Shown here piece by piece: positions 38,273 through 51,900 of a stretch of DNA of 64,000 bases. Under the pieces are notes generated by a model that worked only from the letters and a program-made list of their open reading frames with translations, had not been told where the DNA came from and did no database searches. The stretch spans positions 290,718,001 through 290,782,000 of the forward strand of contig OZ024743.1 of assembly GCA_964016885.1 (NCBI GenBank), in the 5' to 3' direction. The position numbers were made by a program, and so were the translations under genes. Position 1 is the first letter of the stretch; every line of letters begins with the position of its first letter. Source of the stretch: Eledone cirrhosa (lineage: Eukaryota).

Positions 38273-38914
38273 TGTGGATAAATATAAAAAATAATTTACT
38301 CTAGTAAACTTACTAAATTTTCTTCATTCCTTACCGAGAAAAACGGCCCCAAAATAATGCAGTTAAATAGCTTTATATTTATCAGTAAACACTTTCTTTT
38401 TTGTCAACACCATTGATCAGTAATTGCACGAGGATAGTAATAGGAAAGAACGAGAGAAGAAATCTCTATTCCAGAGAATATAAAGTAATTCCCTTATTCA
38501 AGTACATTTTAAACGTAAGAAGAAGCACCTACGCCCTTTAAAGCCATGTTATACATAGATATAAATGGGTTTTACATTATATAAGCCCATTCCATTGTCA
38601 CTTTGGAATAAGACATTATTGTTTGGAAGAAGTTAAAGATATATGACGGGAGAGATCAATCGCAATCTATGTTACACATTGAAGCGATATCATGTATAAA
38701 CTATATCTATCATATGTACGTGTATCTTATTGAAAAGTTTATGAAAGATCTCGGTGAATTATTGCAATAAACACAAAGAAAAAGTAAGTGGCATATCTAA
38801 AATATAGAAACATTATGCAAATACATTAGGTTTTCTCAAGTATTATCGGCAATGATGACATTTATGAAGAGGTGAATACAGTATATTCAACTTCTGTTCT
38901 TTAATGATATTATA

Positions 38915-39012
38915 TTTGACTTCAACTTTGCCTTTCATCCTTACGGGGTCGATAAAATAAAGTACCAGTAATATATTTGCTGGCCTTGTGACTAACGTAG
39001 AAACAATTATAT
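38915..39012 (+). mobile_element. SINE 3' half
   Basis: actttgcctttcatccttacggggtcgataaaataaagtacc..ggccttgtg..gtagaaacaattat. Confidence 0.8.
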
Positions 39013-39552
39013 TTCACTTCAACTGTTATAATTTTCTTCACAACTACATATACAATATGTTTACCGTGTGGAATCTAAAATGCATATGTATTATATTCAT
39101 GAATATATTTTATTTTACAAATTCTTGTATACTCAATTTAAGAGCGCAATACATACAGTGCCATAATAACCGTGGTTACTAGCGTTTAATAGGTTTCTTC
39201 GTAAGTCATATGAAAATAACCGAAACATATTTCATTTCGAAATATTTATATATATAAATGTTTTCGCATATAAGATATGTAAATTGTCTGAAATGCCCTT
39301 TCAGCAGATATGCCAAGAAAAAGTACCACGAATATTTCAGGTTTCAAGACACTCACGAATTAAGAGGGTGCTTCTGCTTGACTTTTAAAATACTGAAAAC
39401 GGTCGAAAATTTCCGTTCAAATACACATTTCAAAAGAAGAATAACCAAAACATATGTTGTTTCGAATAAACGCGCTTATCAATCAGATTTCATTTAAAGG
39501 ATATATATATATATATATATGCAAAGGTTTTAGGCGGACACACAGAAACGAA

Positions 39553-39600
<48 letters not shown>

Positions 39601-39608
<8 letters not shown>

Positions 39609-40838
39609 GACGTAAAATAAGAAAATTTTAAAAATAAAAAATTAACTTACTTAGTAAAATGTTCACTCCAACTAATTAGTTTCTGTAATGGGATAAATAT
39701 AGTTACACAATGTAACTATCGAGAATTCATTACGTCATCATTACTAGTATTAGTGTAAATCTGTACGCATATGTTGGTAGATGTATTAATTCTATATATT
39801 TATCTCCAAATTATTTGTTGAGCAAACTTGCCAAATCTACTGCTAATTCAGAGTAGTAGTAGTAGGCTTTGTCATAATACCATCCCACTCCTAACTGACT
39901 AACCTCAGTGTCACGTGATCGATTCTTTAGAATACACCACTGACCAGAGGCAGTGAACTTTTTCAGTGCTATGGAATTTAGTCCCCGCTAGCTTATTACA
40001 TCCACTGAATTATTATTTTTATATGAGTTCCTAGTGTCCGCGCATTGCCTGGGAACTTAGCTGACAATAGACTTCCGATTGACGTAATGAATTCTCGATA
40101 GTTACATTGTGTAACTATATTTATCCCATTACAGAAACTAATTAGTTGGAGTGAAAATTTTAGTAAGTTAATTTTTAATTTTTAAAATTTTCTTATTTTA
40201 CGTCTTTCATATAATTGTTCTGCATCCCCCTGCATTGAACCACCTAGGTACTTTGACATAACTTATATATTTACTAGTATTAGTGTACATCTGTACGCAT
40301 ATGTTGGTAGATGTATTAATTCTATATATTTATCTCCAAATTATTTGTTGAGCAAACTTGCCAAATCTACTGCTAATTCAGAGTAGTAGTAGTAGGCTTT
40401 GTCATAATACCATCCCACTCCTAACTGACTAACCTCAGTGTTACGTGATCGATTCTTTAGAATACACCACTGACCAGAGGCAGTGAACTTTTTCAGTGCT
40501 ATGGAATTTAGTCCCCGCTAGCTTATTACATCCACTGAATTATTATGTTTATATGAGTTCCTAGTGTCCGCGCATTGCCCGGGAACTTAGCTGAGAATAG
40601 AATCCCAGATGACGTAATGAATTCTCGATAGTTAAATTGTGTAACTATATTTATCCCATTACAGAAACTAATTAGTTGGAGTGAAAATTTTAGTAAGTAA
40701 TTTAATTTTTAATTTTTAAAATTTTCTTATTTTACGTCTTTCATTTAATTGTTCTGCATCCCCCACATATGTACTTTGACATAACTTATATATTTACTAG
40801 TATTAGTGTACATCTGTACGCATATGTTGGTAGATGTA

Positions 40839-40843
<5 letters not shown>
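39601..40843 (+). mobile_element. Retrozyme-like element, family 3: inverted partial copy plus ~2.1 tandem units of ~525 bp, each with an HHR
   Basis: Units start at 39741, 40271 and 40794. 39601-39740 is an inverted copy of 40077-40211. HHRs at 40071-40152 and 40601-40682. Confidence 0.85.
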
Positions 40844-40898
<55 letters not shown>

Positions 40899-40982
40899 TT
40901 TAAATGAAATCTGATTGATTAGCGCGTTTATTTGAAACAACATGTTTTCGTTATTCTTCTATTGAAATGTGTATTTGAACGG

Positions 40983-41061
<79 letters not shown>

Positions 41062-41069
41062 AAAATGTT

Positions 41070-41195
41070 CAAGACCCCGACAAAACAGCTTGAGCTCTGC
41101 CGTTGGGGCCATGCCCATTTTCCTATTACCCACCCTACTACCCAAAGTATTGAGGACTCTGGTGCGTTATGGTCCAACCTGGTTCCTTATCACAC
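41070..41195 (+). mobile_element. Fragment of the pseudo-LTR family found at 15605-15725
   Basis: gcttgagctctgccgt..ctactaccc.aagtattgag.actctggtgcgttatggtcca.ctggttcctta matches the reverse complement of 15615-15725. Confidence 0.75.
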
Positions 41196-41536
41196 TTACT
41201 TCGTTATATATATACTTCTGAAATACAACCGGTCCTGGCATTGTTAAATATACTGTGTCCGTCAACTTCTTATATATATATATATATAAAATAATAGAGG
41301 TGTAACACACAAGTTATGATATATTGGTAAACGGAAAAGAAAATGTATATATGTATATATATATATATGTGTGTGTGTGTGTATGTGTGTGTGTATGTGT
41401 GTGTATGTGTGTGTATACTAGCAGAGGAAACCGGTGATACCCCAGCTAATTTATGAAAATTACAATATATTTTAGCACTGCTGTAGGAATTATAGCACAA
41501 TATTTATTTTCGCTTGTTCAAAGCAAATCATCAAGA

Positions 41537-41730
41537 TAATAATTGTTTCTACTTTAGGCACAAGGCCAGCAATTACCCAGTACATTACTGGTACTTTATT
41601 TTATCGACCCCGTAAGGATGAAAGGCAAAGTTAACCTCGGCGGGATTTGAACTCAGTCCGTAAAGGGAGGTAACTGTGCTGTAAAGCACGGCGTCCGACG
41701 CTCTACCGATACTGCCAATCCACCGCAGAT
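41537..41730 (-). mobile_element. Full-length tRNA-derived SINE with Meta-like central domain
   Basis: A box TGGCAGTATCGG, B box GAGTTCAAATCC, core gcctttcatccttacggggtcgataaaat, and an (ATT)n tail. Confidence 0.85.
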
Positions 41731-42599
41731 AATAATATTACTAGTTTTCTCCAGTGGTTTTTTTAACCACTGTTCCCTATTAGAGTCAGCATATATAATG
41801 CTTCACACCCACATGAATGCTTTTCAGTGAAAAGGCAAGACGAATAAATATATTTGGATTTTATTCATCTTTTATTTCTTCTTGAAAAATTAGAACCTCT
41901 AAAATTCAAACATGTGAAGGCTATATAGAAAACAATAAAAAAAATTTTTTTTTTTAAATGTTAAATAGATTTAACATAATTTTACGAATGAATGAAGCAT
42001 GTACTTGCTCATTTCTGGAGTTCAGGAAAGTGTATTGAATTTTTGCAATGTATATTTCACCAAACTTTGATTCTTTCTATGGCAGTAGGGTCGTGTTTGA
42101 GGGGAATCTGTTTTCTATTTATTTTACAGTTATCATGAGTTATAGTGGCTCCTTTGATATACATACCTATATACATAGGTACACACACGCATGTGTGTGT
42201 TTGTGTGTGTGCGTGTGTAAGAAAATTGGCTGTGATTTTAAATAGATTTTTTTTTATATTTCTAGTAGATGGAGGTGTCACATAAAATATTTCCTTCTTG
42301 ATTTATACATATATATATATATATACACATGAGAGAGTAGGGTGGGATCCGAATGAAATTTGACAGCTATTTCTAACAGATCTAGCTAGCTACAATAAAA
42401 ATGATCTCACTTATACCACTTTATATCGCTGATGTACCCAGGAATGCCGGCATATTATTCCAAAGTTGCGACTTTATTATTCCTTGCAAACTATATTACT
42501 AAGGAATTTGGATCATTGAATGAGGTATTACGATATTGCTCATTCCAAAACCTCTGGATAAACAATATTCTTGGTTTTACTCTCTGGTGCTACAATTAA

Positions 42600-43200
42600 G
42601 TGACACTTAGTGTTGCCAACCCTTGCAGTACCAGCATTGAGCTGACTGTGTGAAATCTTGATGGTATACTACATAGTGCCATGATATTTTTCGGCTAGGT
42701 GTGGATAATCGACTGACAATGTTTTTGTACTCCTGCCAGAATAGATGAGCATCGTCAGATCTAAATGCTGTGAGTATAATATCAAACAACTGTCATATTT
42801 CACTGGTTACTCGAGTGACTGCTGCTTCTTCCAAAGTCCATTATCATACAGGAGTCCATGCTGTTTACATGATTCTTGATATGTTGCCCATAGACTTCCT
42901 CCAAAGAACCTGAGATCCTTAAATGACATTGATCCTCGAAAAATATGCAGACGTAGCTGTAAATAGCCACTCTTTCACCATTTTCCAGATGGACTGTACG
43001 GTTGACCACTGTTAGATGGCGTTGGTGGATATCAAATCCAAAGATCCGTCCGCCAGATAGCTTCATTGCTGAAGATGTATTAACCTGTCTGATACTGATT
43101 GACCTCATCCCGGCCACCTTCATTGAGTTCCTTGTCAATAACAAAGGTAGCCATGCCATAGCCTTTGTTGCTATATTTTGTGACATATTGTATAGCTTTG
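42600..43200 (-). pseudogene. Helitron Rep/helicase fragment
   Basis: Across frames: RDEVNQYQTG..SNEAIW, RIFGFDIHQRHLTVV..VHLENGERV and ILTAF. Confidence 0.75.
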
Positions 43201-43927
43201 ACAGAACTGCAAAGTAGAAACAATTATCAATTTTAATGAGAGGCGGGTAAAGAGAGAAAGAGAAGTAACGCATGGCAAAGAAGAAATTGGAGGGTTAAAG
43301 TTTTACGTTCCCATCCCCAATTAATCGAACGCTGCTCTCACTCCCCCTTTCTTTATTTCCTCTCTCCCTCACTCTCTCCTCATGTCTCTCTTTTTTCTTT
43401 CTCTCTCCTATCCCTTTTTCTTCTTTCTTTCTATCTTTCTTTACGGAATAGAGAAACAACAAACAGGATGACTTCTGTCGCTATTCACAATAAAAATTGA
43501 ATTTAAATGAATTCCCAGCTTTGAAAAGTAAAAAAAGTATGTTACCATATCTTGTCCACGGTTCTAGTGAATACGTATATGTACTTTTGAAGGGGTCGCT
43601 CCACTAGTTTCTGAGATTTAGGCGGACACACAGAAACGAAAACTATATATATATATATATATATTTTTTTATTTTTTTTATTTGATGATAACTATGCATA
43701 GATAGATATCTAGTATTTTGATTACATTTTTTTATTTCTAATTTCCCTTTGAAGAATGACCGAAATTGTTACACCGAAACATTTTACTCAACTGAATTCT
43801 AAATATTTACGTAGGTAGTTATTTGAAAACATTCATCCTTATATATTTAGAATAGAAAACCAGTGGAGTTCTTATCTCTAAACGTTGTGCGACATTTCTA
43901 CATTTCAATTTTACTTTTCCACCTCAA

Positions 43928-43980
<53 letters not shown>

Positions 43981-44011
43981 TGTGTGTATATTATATATAA
44001 GTGTGTGTGTG

Positions 44012-44055
<44 letters not shown>

Positions 44056-44056
44056 C

Positions 44057-44138
<82 letters not shown>

Positions 44139-44419
44139 ATAGATAGATAGATTAAAATGCAAACTTCTTCTGTGCATCATGTAAGTATCTAATATTTCTT
44201 AGAGCCATGATAAGCAGCGAAATTCATTACACTTGGGAAATTATCCGTTCTACCTCTCTAACTCTCAGTATCATAGCAACTCCTCGATGAAGCAATCTGT
44301 CAGTTTCTCGCATTAGATATTTCGATTTTGTAAATAACGAATTTCTTTCGATATATTATAATGCCATCCTTTAATATTTTTGATTATTTTTTTTTATTTT
44401 ATTATTATTATTATATATC

Positions 44420-44684
44420 TGTAAACTAAAGGTGGAAAACTGGGAGAGGGCACTTGCCTTGGTGGTCAGGGTCATTGTGGCTTTTTACTGGGCTTTCTCC
44501 ACAAATGTCCCTCCGAAGTCTCCCCCCTATTGGGGAATTTTTCATTGTTATTTTCATTGTTATTTTTGTTACATCCTCTGTTTTTGTTTTTTTACACGCA
44601 GAAATGCCCATTTGTACCGTCCTGCATTGTCCTGCACTGTCCTTAATGTCTACTTTATGTAAACCCTTGTGGTTAATAAAGAAA

Positions 44685-44730
<46 letters not shown>
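44420..44730 (+). mobile_element. Tx1-like LINE 3' UTR fragment with (TTA)n tail
   Basis: Homologous to 47485-47742; AATAAA followed by (TTA)n. Confidence 0.8.
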
Positions 44731-44731
<1 letters not shown>

Positions 44732-44740
44732 TTTATTTTT

Positions 44741-46779
44741 GAGTCTCAGTCATTGATGTTATTTAACTGGAATGTTTGTTGAAATGAATATCAAGTCGCT
44801 ACCTGCAGCCTTAGATATTCAGGACGTATCGGAGGGTTCTTGCTGTTCCCAGCAAGCATGCCTTTTGAAGTGTTCCAAAAGAACATGGCTTGACTAATCT
44901 ACTTTAACCGTCCTCGGAAACTCCTTGAGATAGTACCTAGTTCTCCTATGACAATCGGGACAACCTTGATCTAATGGCAGTTCCAAATCCTTTTTAACTC
45001 CCACTTTAAATCCTGGTATCGGTTAATTCTCCTTCAGTACAATTTTAAGCATTGGCTCTGTACTGTCAGACACATGTTTGTGCAGATTCTTTTTCTCCAT
45101 CTGAACACAGTTCTCTATGCTGATAAGACCTCTTCCACCTTCAGATCTCTTTAAGTAGAGTCTATCAACATCACTCCTCTTGTGGAACCTGTTGTAGATA
45201 GTCATTAGCTTCCTAGTCTCCCTAGCCATTTCTTTTTGTTCAGTAACATTCCATTTCAGAATTCCCGCACTGTACCTAATAATAGACACAGCTCGGGTAT
45301 TTACTGTACTTATCACATACCTACTATTTAGTTGTGATTTTAGTATGCCCCTTATTCTCCTTATGTATACAGATCTCATTAATTCCTTCAATGTTTTGTT
45401 CTTGATGTCATCTGCCTCCAGAACACCTAAATATCTGTATCCATCTCCAGTGTCAATTTCCTTTATCATCTCACCTGTTGGTACCAGGATTCCGTTTCTT
45501 CTGCTCAATTTACCCCTCCTCATCACTAGGACTCCACACTTATTAATACCAAATTCTATACATATGTCAGTGCTGAAAATACCGACAGTGTCAACAAATA
45601 CATCCAACTCCTCACTCTTCCCAAAGAGTTTAAGATCGTCCATGAAGAGGAGGTGGTTGATGGTAAGATCTCCTCTTGCCAGCTTGTATCCTGCTCTCAC
45701 TTTTTGCCATATGAGGGACAAGGGTATGAAGGTAAGGACAAACAGCAAAGGGGACAAACTATCTCCCTGGAAGATATCTCTCTTGATCTTCACGTTTCCC
45801 AAGGATTCTCCACCTGATGTTGGCTCTGTTTGCCAGGACTTCATACTTTTACTTAATAGCTGTCTGATTTTTTCTGCCTCCTTGAAGATATCTATTCTAT
45901 TGGTTATCTTTGTACCATGTCGAATGTCTTTTTGTAATCTATCCATCCCATGGCAAGACCAGTATGCCTCCTCTTGCAATTCCTCATTAGCATCTTATCA
46001 ATAACTAACTGGTCTTTTATACCACGGGACTTCTTTCTTTTCGTCCGGTAACAAGTTGTTTATGCGGAAGTAATAGTAGATTTCCTCAGACACAATGCTT
46101 GTTAACAGTTTCTACATTACGGATAGCCATGTGATTGGCCTATAGGTGGTAACCTCATTACCCTTGCTTCAGTATTTCATTACCAGAACTGTTGTACCTT
46201 TTGTTAACCACTCTGGTACTTCACCCGACATGGCTTTGAGTTTTGGGTAGAGGGATGTTATATTTGTTATCCAATAACTTTGCACACCATCTGGGCCTGG
46301 TGATTTCCAGTTGGTTAGTTTTTTGGCCTGCCCTTTAAGAGTTTCAACTGTGATACTCAAATAATATTGTTGGTGTGTTTGTTCACTAATCTCCTTTTGA
46401 ACTGCCTCAATCCATACTACCTGAGTATTAATTTCAACATCCTGCTCCCATATTCCTCTCTAGAATGTCTTAGTCTGTTCCGCCTCAAGGATCACGTCGT
46501 TACCTCTTTATTTCCCTTCAAGCTGTTCAAACAACATCTGTTTTTTGTCAAACACGCGGTTCTGTCTATACTGACTAACTCTGTTCTCATACCGCCTAAT
46601 CTTTGCACATTTTGCTACAATGCGTTGCTTCAGTTCCTCTATGATAACATTTAGCTATTTTCCCTTAGTTTTGTAATTTATTTTCAATCTATCTTTATTG
46701 TCTATGTTCAGTAAAGACTCAAGCTTTCCAATAACTTTTCTCATTTCCATGATTTGACAATTAATTCGTTTCTTCAACC
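44741..46779 (-). mobile_element. R4/Dong LINE, copy B, 5'-truncated with an internal deletion
   Basis: ORF 45023..45979 has [11 protein letters not shown] and [11 protein letters not shown]. The 3' end matches 48925-49215; (TTA)n on both flanks. Confidence 0.88.
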
Positions 46780-46804
46780 TTATTATTATCATTATTATTA
46801 TTAA

Positions 46805-47010
46805 AGGGCGGGGAATTGGCATTATCGGTAGAATGTTGGACGCCATGATTTCTAGCATAGTTACGTCACATTACGGTTTGCGTTCAAATCACGTCGAGGT
46901 TAACTTTGGCTTACATCATTACGGGGTCGATAAAATAAAGTACCAGTAATGTACTGATAATTGCTGGCCTTGTGCCAAAGTAGAAACAATTATTATTATT
47001 ATTATTATTA
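46805..47010 (+). mobile_element. Full-length tRNA-derived SINE
   Basis: Same family as 41537-41730; ends in (ATT)n. Confidence 0.8.
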
Positions 47011-47012
47011 TT

Positions 47013-47742
47013 TGAGGAGCTTTCCCAGTTCGGGATAAACTCTACAGGCACGGAAGTGCCGTCAGCCGGGCATTTCCGAGATGCTTGCAGGGCGACGATA
47101 CCATTCTGCATGCACTCGTCCAGTGTCCGAGCATTGCTGACTTGTGGGTTTATGTCGAACACCTGCTGTCGCGTGTAGAACGGATCAGGCTATCAGCTGA
47201 GTCCATCTTGAGAATTGCCCCGCCCTCTTCCATTCGCCGTGAAGAGCAGGCAGTTTTTATCTGTCTGGTGGCCATGGCGAAAGAGAAATTAGGGTGGACG
47301 CGTCTGAAAGTACTGAAGACGAGCACTAACCTCTTCGGTGATGCCCTGAATAACTTTTTTCAAATTTCATTTGAAAAGGAAAATCAGGGTAAGAGGAAAG
47401 TGCTCTCTTCACAGCATTTTGTTGAAATATGGGTGAGTTAGGCAAGAATGGCCCGAGTGAATGGACCTACTCTGAGTATATGCCTGTAAATTGAAGGTGG
47501 AACACTGGGAGAGGGCATTTGCCGGGTGGTCAGTGTCACCGTGGCTTTTTTTTAATGAGCTTTCTCCACGATGGCCCTCGGAAGACTCCCACATATTGGG
47601 GAATTTTTAATTGTTCTTTTTTGGTTACATCCTCTGTTTTTTTGTTTTTTTACACGCAGAAATGCCCATTTGTACCGTACTGTATTGTCTTGCACTGTCC
47701 TTAATGTCTACTTTGTGTAAACCATTGTGGTTAATAAAGAAA
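47013..47742 (+). mobile_element. Tx1-like LINE 3' fragment
   Basis: C-terminal zinc knuckle (RCLQGDDTILHALVQCP), 3' UTR and AATAAA. Confidence 0.82.
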
Positions 47743-48920
47743 GCGTGGAGGACTGGGCATGCCATGGCTGATCACTGGTGTTTCATTGACGGTGAACAGG
47801 TGTGGTCGCCGTTCGCCAGGCACGTTTTCCTACAGCTCGTTTCCTTGACGGAACTGCAGTCCTGGGTCAGGAAAAGACCGATGGATAACGCTTGGAAACT
47901 AGAATGTCTCCAGGCGCTCACCGCCCACTGCCAGCTGGGTACCACTATCGGTGGAACATCTACCTCGGTGTTCTATAGAGGACTAGTGGACGGGAAGGGC
48001 TACGACGTACTCAGAGAGATCCTGGGCGTCGAAGAAGATCAGCTGTTCGCTCTCTTCCGGAGAACTTTCAGCCCAGGGCCGATGTATAACTTCCAAAAAT
48101 CCCTTGCCTGGCAGTGTTACCGGGGAGCGTTGCCAGTTCGAAGTTCGAGATAAGCTCTACAGGCACGGAAGTGCCGCCAGCCGAGACTGTCCGATATGCA
48201 CGCAGAGCGACGAAACCATCGTGCACGCATTCATTCAGTGCCCGAGCATTGCTGACTTGTGGAGCTATATCGAACAGTTGGTGCCGCGTGTAGGACTGAT
48301 CCGGTTAACGACTGAGTCCATTGTGCAGATGGTCTCGTCGTCTTCCTTCGAGGATGGAGGGCAGGCAGTTTTCATCTGCTTAGTGGCCATGGCGAAAGAG
48401 ATTGTGTGGTTGACAAGGTTGAAAGGGTTAAAGACAGACACTTTCCTCTTCGGCGAATCCCTAATTAGCTTTTTCAAGTTTCACATGAAGAGAAAAATCA
48501 GGGAGGAGAGGCAAGTGCTGTCGTCTAGCAAGTTTGTTGAAAGGTGGGTGAATGTAGCAAGAATGGTCCGAGTGAACGGGGCCGCTATGAATATACGACT
48601 GCAGTTTGAGAAATGGAAAAATTGAGAGAGGGCGCTTGCCCTCGTGGTCAGAGTGGCCGTGGTCTTCTGTGTGGTTTTCGTCCCGAGTAACCCTCGGATG
48701 TTTCCAACCTATTAGATAATTTTTCATTGTTTCAATTTTCATTTTCATTGTTTATATATATATGTGTCTATGTCTTTTATTTTCATTTCTTTTATATATA
48801 ATAAAAGTCTTTACATGCACAAAACCAACATCGTAAGGTCCAGTACCGTCCTGTGCCGTCTCTAATTTTTTTCTTGATGTCAGCCCTTGTGGCCAATAAA
48901 TAAATTAATATTATTATTAT
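47743..48920 (+). mobile_element. Tx1-like LINE 3' fragment
   Basis: DGEQVWSPF..., CPICTQSDETIVHAFIQCP; 3' UTR ending gcccttgtggccaataaa..(TTA)n. Confidence 0.85.
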
Positions 48921-51900
48921 TGTTCTTTGAGTCTCAGTCATTGTTGTTAGTTAACTGGAAAGTTTGTTGAAATGAATATCAAGCCACTACCTGCAACCTC
49001 AGATATTCAGGACGTATCGGAGGGTTCTTGCTGTTCCCAGCAAGCATGCATTTTGAAGTGTTCCAAAAAGCGGGGTGGGGCCAATTTTCTTTAACCATCC
49101 CTGGAAACATTTTGAGATAGTACCTAGTGCGCCTATGACAATCGGACCACTTTGACTTCATGGCAGTTCCAAATCCTTTTAGCTCCCACTTTAAGTCCTG
49201 GTATCGGTTAATTTTCTCCCTCACCTTCTTACGCACTCTCGTGTCGAATGGGCAGGCGACATCCACAATCAGGCACGATCTTTTTTTCTTGTCCAAAACC
49301 ACCAGGTCAGGTCTATTGTGTTCCAGTTTCTTCACCTGATCGTTTTCTATCACAGACTCTGGATTATGCTCATACCACTTCTCAGAATGTGGTAAATTGT
49401 TTACTTTCCATAGGGGCCAGTGGATCGCCCTGCCCATCACATCATGTCCCTATCCTTTATAGTGAGTCTGGGCTAGGTGTTTACACTCGGATACAATGTG
49501 AGCCACAATCTCCTCTCTCTCTCCACAGATCCTGCACAGTGGGCTAGCCTCCTCCTAGTAAATATGGTATTTCAGCCACTTCGTTTTGAGGGCCTGCTCT
49601 TGCGCAGCCATTAGCATTCCTTTTGTAGCCTGTTTAAGGTCTCCTCTTTTCAACCAGTTCCATATCTGTGGATCTCTGAATTCAGTTTTCTCAAAGAACG
49701 TACTATGAAGGGATTTTTCATGAAGTTTGCTCTTTCTCCTCGTTGTTATTTCCTCCTTGGACATCTCCTGGTCTATTGTCCTCTCCTTCAGTACAATTCT
49801 GAGCATTGGCTCCTTACTATCAGTCACGTATTTGTGTAGGTTGTTTTTCTCCATCTGATCACAGTCCTCTATGCTCATAAGACCTCTTCCACCTTCAGAT
49901 CTCCTTAAGTAAAGTCTATCGACATCACTCCTCTTGTGGAACATGTTGTAGATAGTTAATAGCTTCCTAGTCTTCCTATCCATTTCTTTTTGTTCAGAAA
50001 CATTCCATCTCAGAATTCCCGCACAGTACTTAATAATAGACACAGCTCGGGAATTTACTGCACTTATGGCATTCCTACTGTTCAGGTGTGACTTTAATAC
50101 GCTCCTTACTCTCCTAATGTATTCAGATCTTATCAATTCCTTCATATTTTTGTTCTTGATGTCATCAGCCTCCAGAACACCCAAATACATGTATCCTTCT
50201 TCAGTGTCAATTTCCTTTATCATCTCACCTGTTGATATCTGGATTCCGTTGCTTCTGCTCAATTTACCCCTCTTCATCACAAGGACTCCAGACTTACTGA
50301 TACCAAATTGCATACATATATCATTGCTGAACATACGGACAGTGTCAACAAGCACATCTAACTCCTTCTCACTCTTCCCGAAGAGCTTAATTTCTTCCAC
50401 GAAGAGGAGGTGATTGATGGTAAGCTCTCTCTTTCCCAACATGTATCCTGCTCTCACATTTCGCAGTATAATGGTCAGGATAATCAGTGCAAGGACAAAC
50501 AACAGAGGGGACAGACTATCTTCCTGGAAGATACCTATCTTGATCTTCACGCCTCCCAAGGATTCTCCAGGTGATGTTATCTCTGTTTTCCAGGACTTCA
50601 TACTTTTGCTCAACAACTGTCTGATGTTATCTGCCCCCTTGAAGATCTCTAGGCTTTTGGTGATCCAAGAATGAGGCACCATGTCAAATGCCTTTTTTTA
50701 GTCTATCCATCCCATGGCAAGACCAGTGTGTCTCTTCTTGCAATTGCTCATTACCATCTTATCAATAAGTAACTGGTCCTTTGTACCACGGGTCTTCTTT
50801 CGGCATCCTTATGTTCGTCCGGTAACAAGTTGTTTGTTTTGAGTTGATGGTAGATTTCCTCAGACACAATGCTTGTCAACAGTTTCCACATTACGGACAG
50901 ACATGTGATAGCTCAATAGTTGGAAACATCATTACCCTTGATTCGGTCTTTCATTACGAGAACTGTGGTACCTTGTGTCAACCACTCTGGTACCTCACCT
51001 GACATCAAGCAGTCATTGAACATGGTTGTCAGTTTCGGGTGGAGGGATGTTATCATTTTAATCCAATACATCTGCACACCATCTGGGCCTGGTGATTTCC
51101 AGTTGGTTAGTTTGTTGGCCTGCCCTTTAAGAGTTTCAACTTTGATACTCAAATCAGTTTGTTGGTGTGCCTGTTCACTGATCTCCTGTTGTACTGTCTC
51201 AATCCACACTGCCTGGTTATTATGTTTAAAATCCTGCTCCCATATTCCTCTCCAGAATGTCTTAGTTTGTTCCGCCTCAGGTATCAAGTCGTTCCCTCTT
51301 TCTTTCCCTTCAAGCTGTCCAAACAACATCTTCTGGTTGTTGTCAAACATACGGTTCTGTCTATACTGTCTGACTCTACTCTCGTATCGCCTAATTTTTG
51401 CACTCTTTGCTACAATGCGTTGCTTCAGTTCCTCTATGATAATATTTAGCTTTTTCCTCCTAGTTTTGTACTTTATTGCCAGTCTATTTTAAGTGTCTAT
51501 GTTTTTTAGTGTCCCTTTCAGTAGGGACTTATCATGTCATTTCTCATTTCCAATGAGATTTCCAATGTCATTTCTCATTTCCCTGATTTGACCATTCAGT
51601 CGTTTCTTCCACCAAGGTTCTGATCTTTCTTGTTTGTTGTTTCCTCTCGCTTTTATGCCAAGTAATTTCTTCACCGCATTTGCTGTTGCTTTAAGGATAT
51701 TGTTGCACTGGTGAAGGCTCCTCGCCTCAAGGTATGGGATGACTTTGTTTACCTTAGCTGTTGTTTCTTTTAACTTTTTCCTGTCTACAAATCTTAGGTT
51801 CATAGGTTTCCCACTATCATTGTTCATTTCATCTACCACTAAGTTTAGGATATCAACCAAATCTTGTCGTAGCCCGTCAGCATTCATCTCCTCAATGGCC

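Noticed and set aside
39741-40843. CRISPR-like reading of the tandem repeats
   Set aside because: Eukaryotic context, long contiguous units, and no spacers or cas genes.
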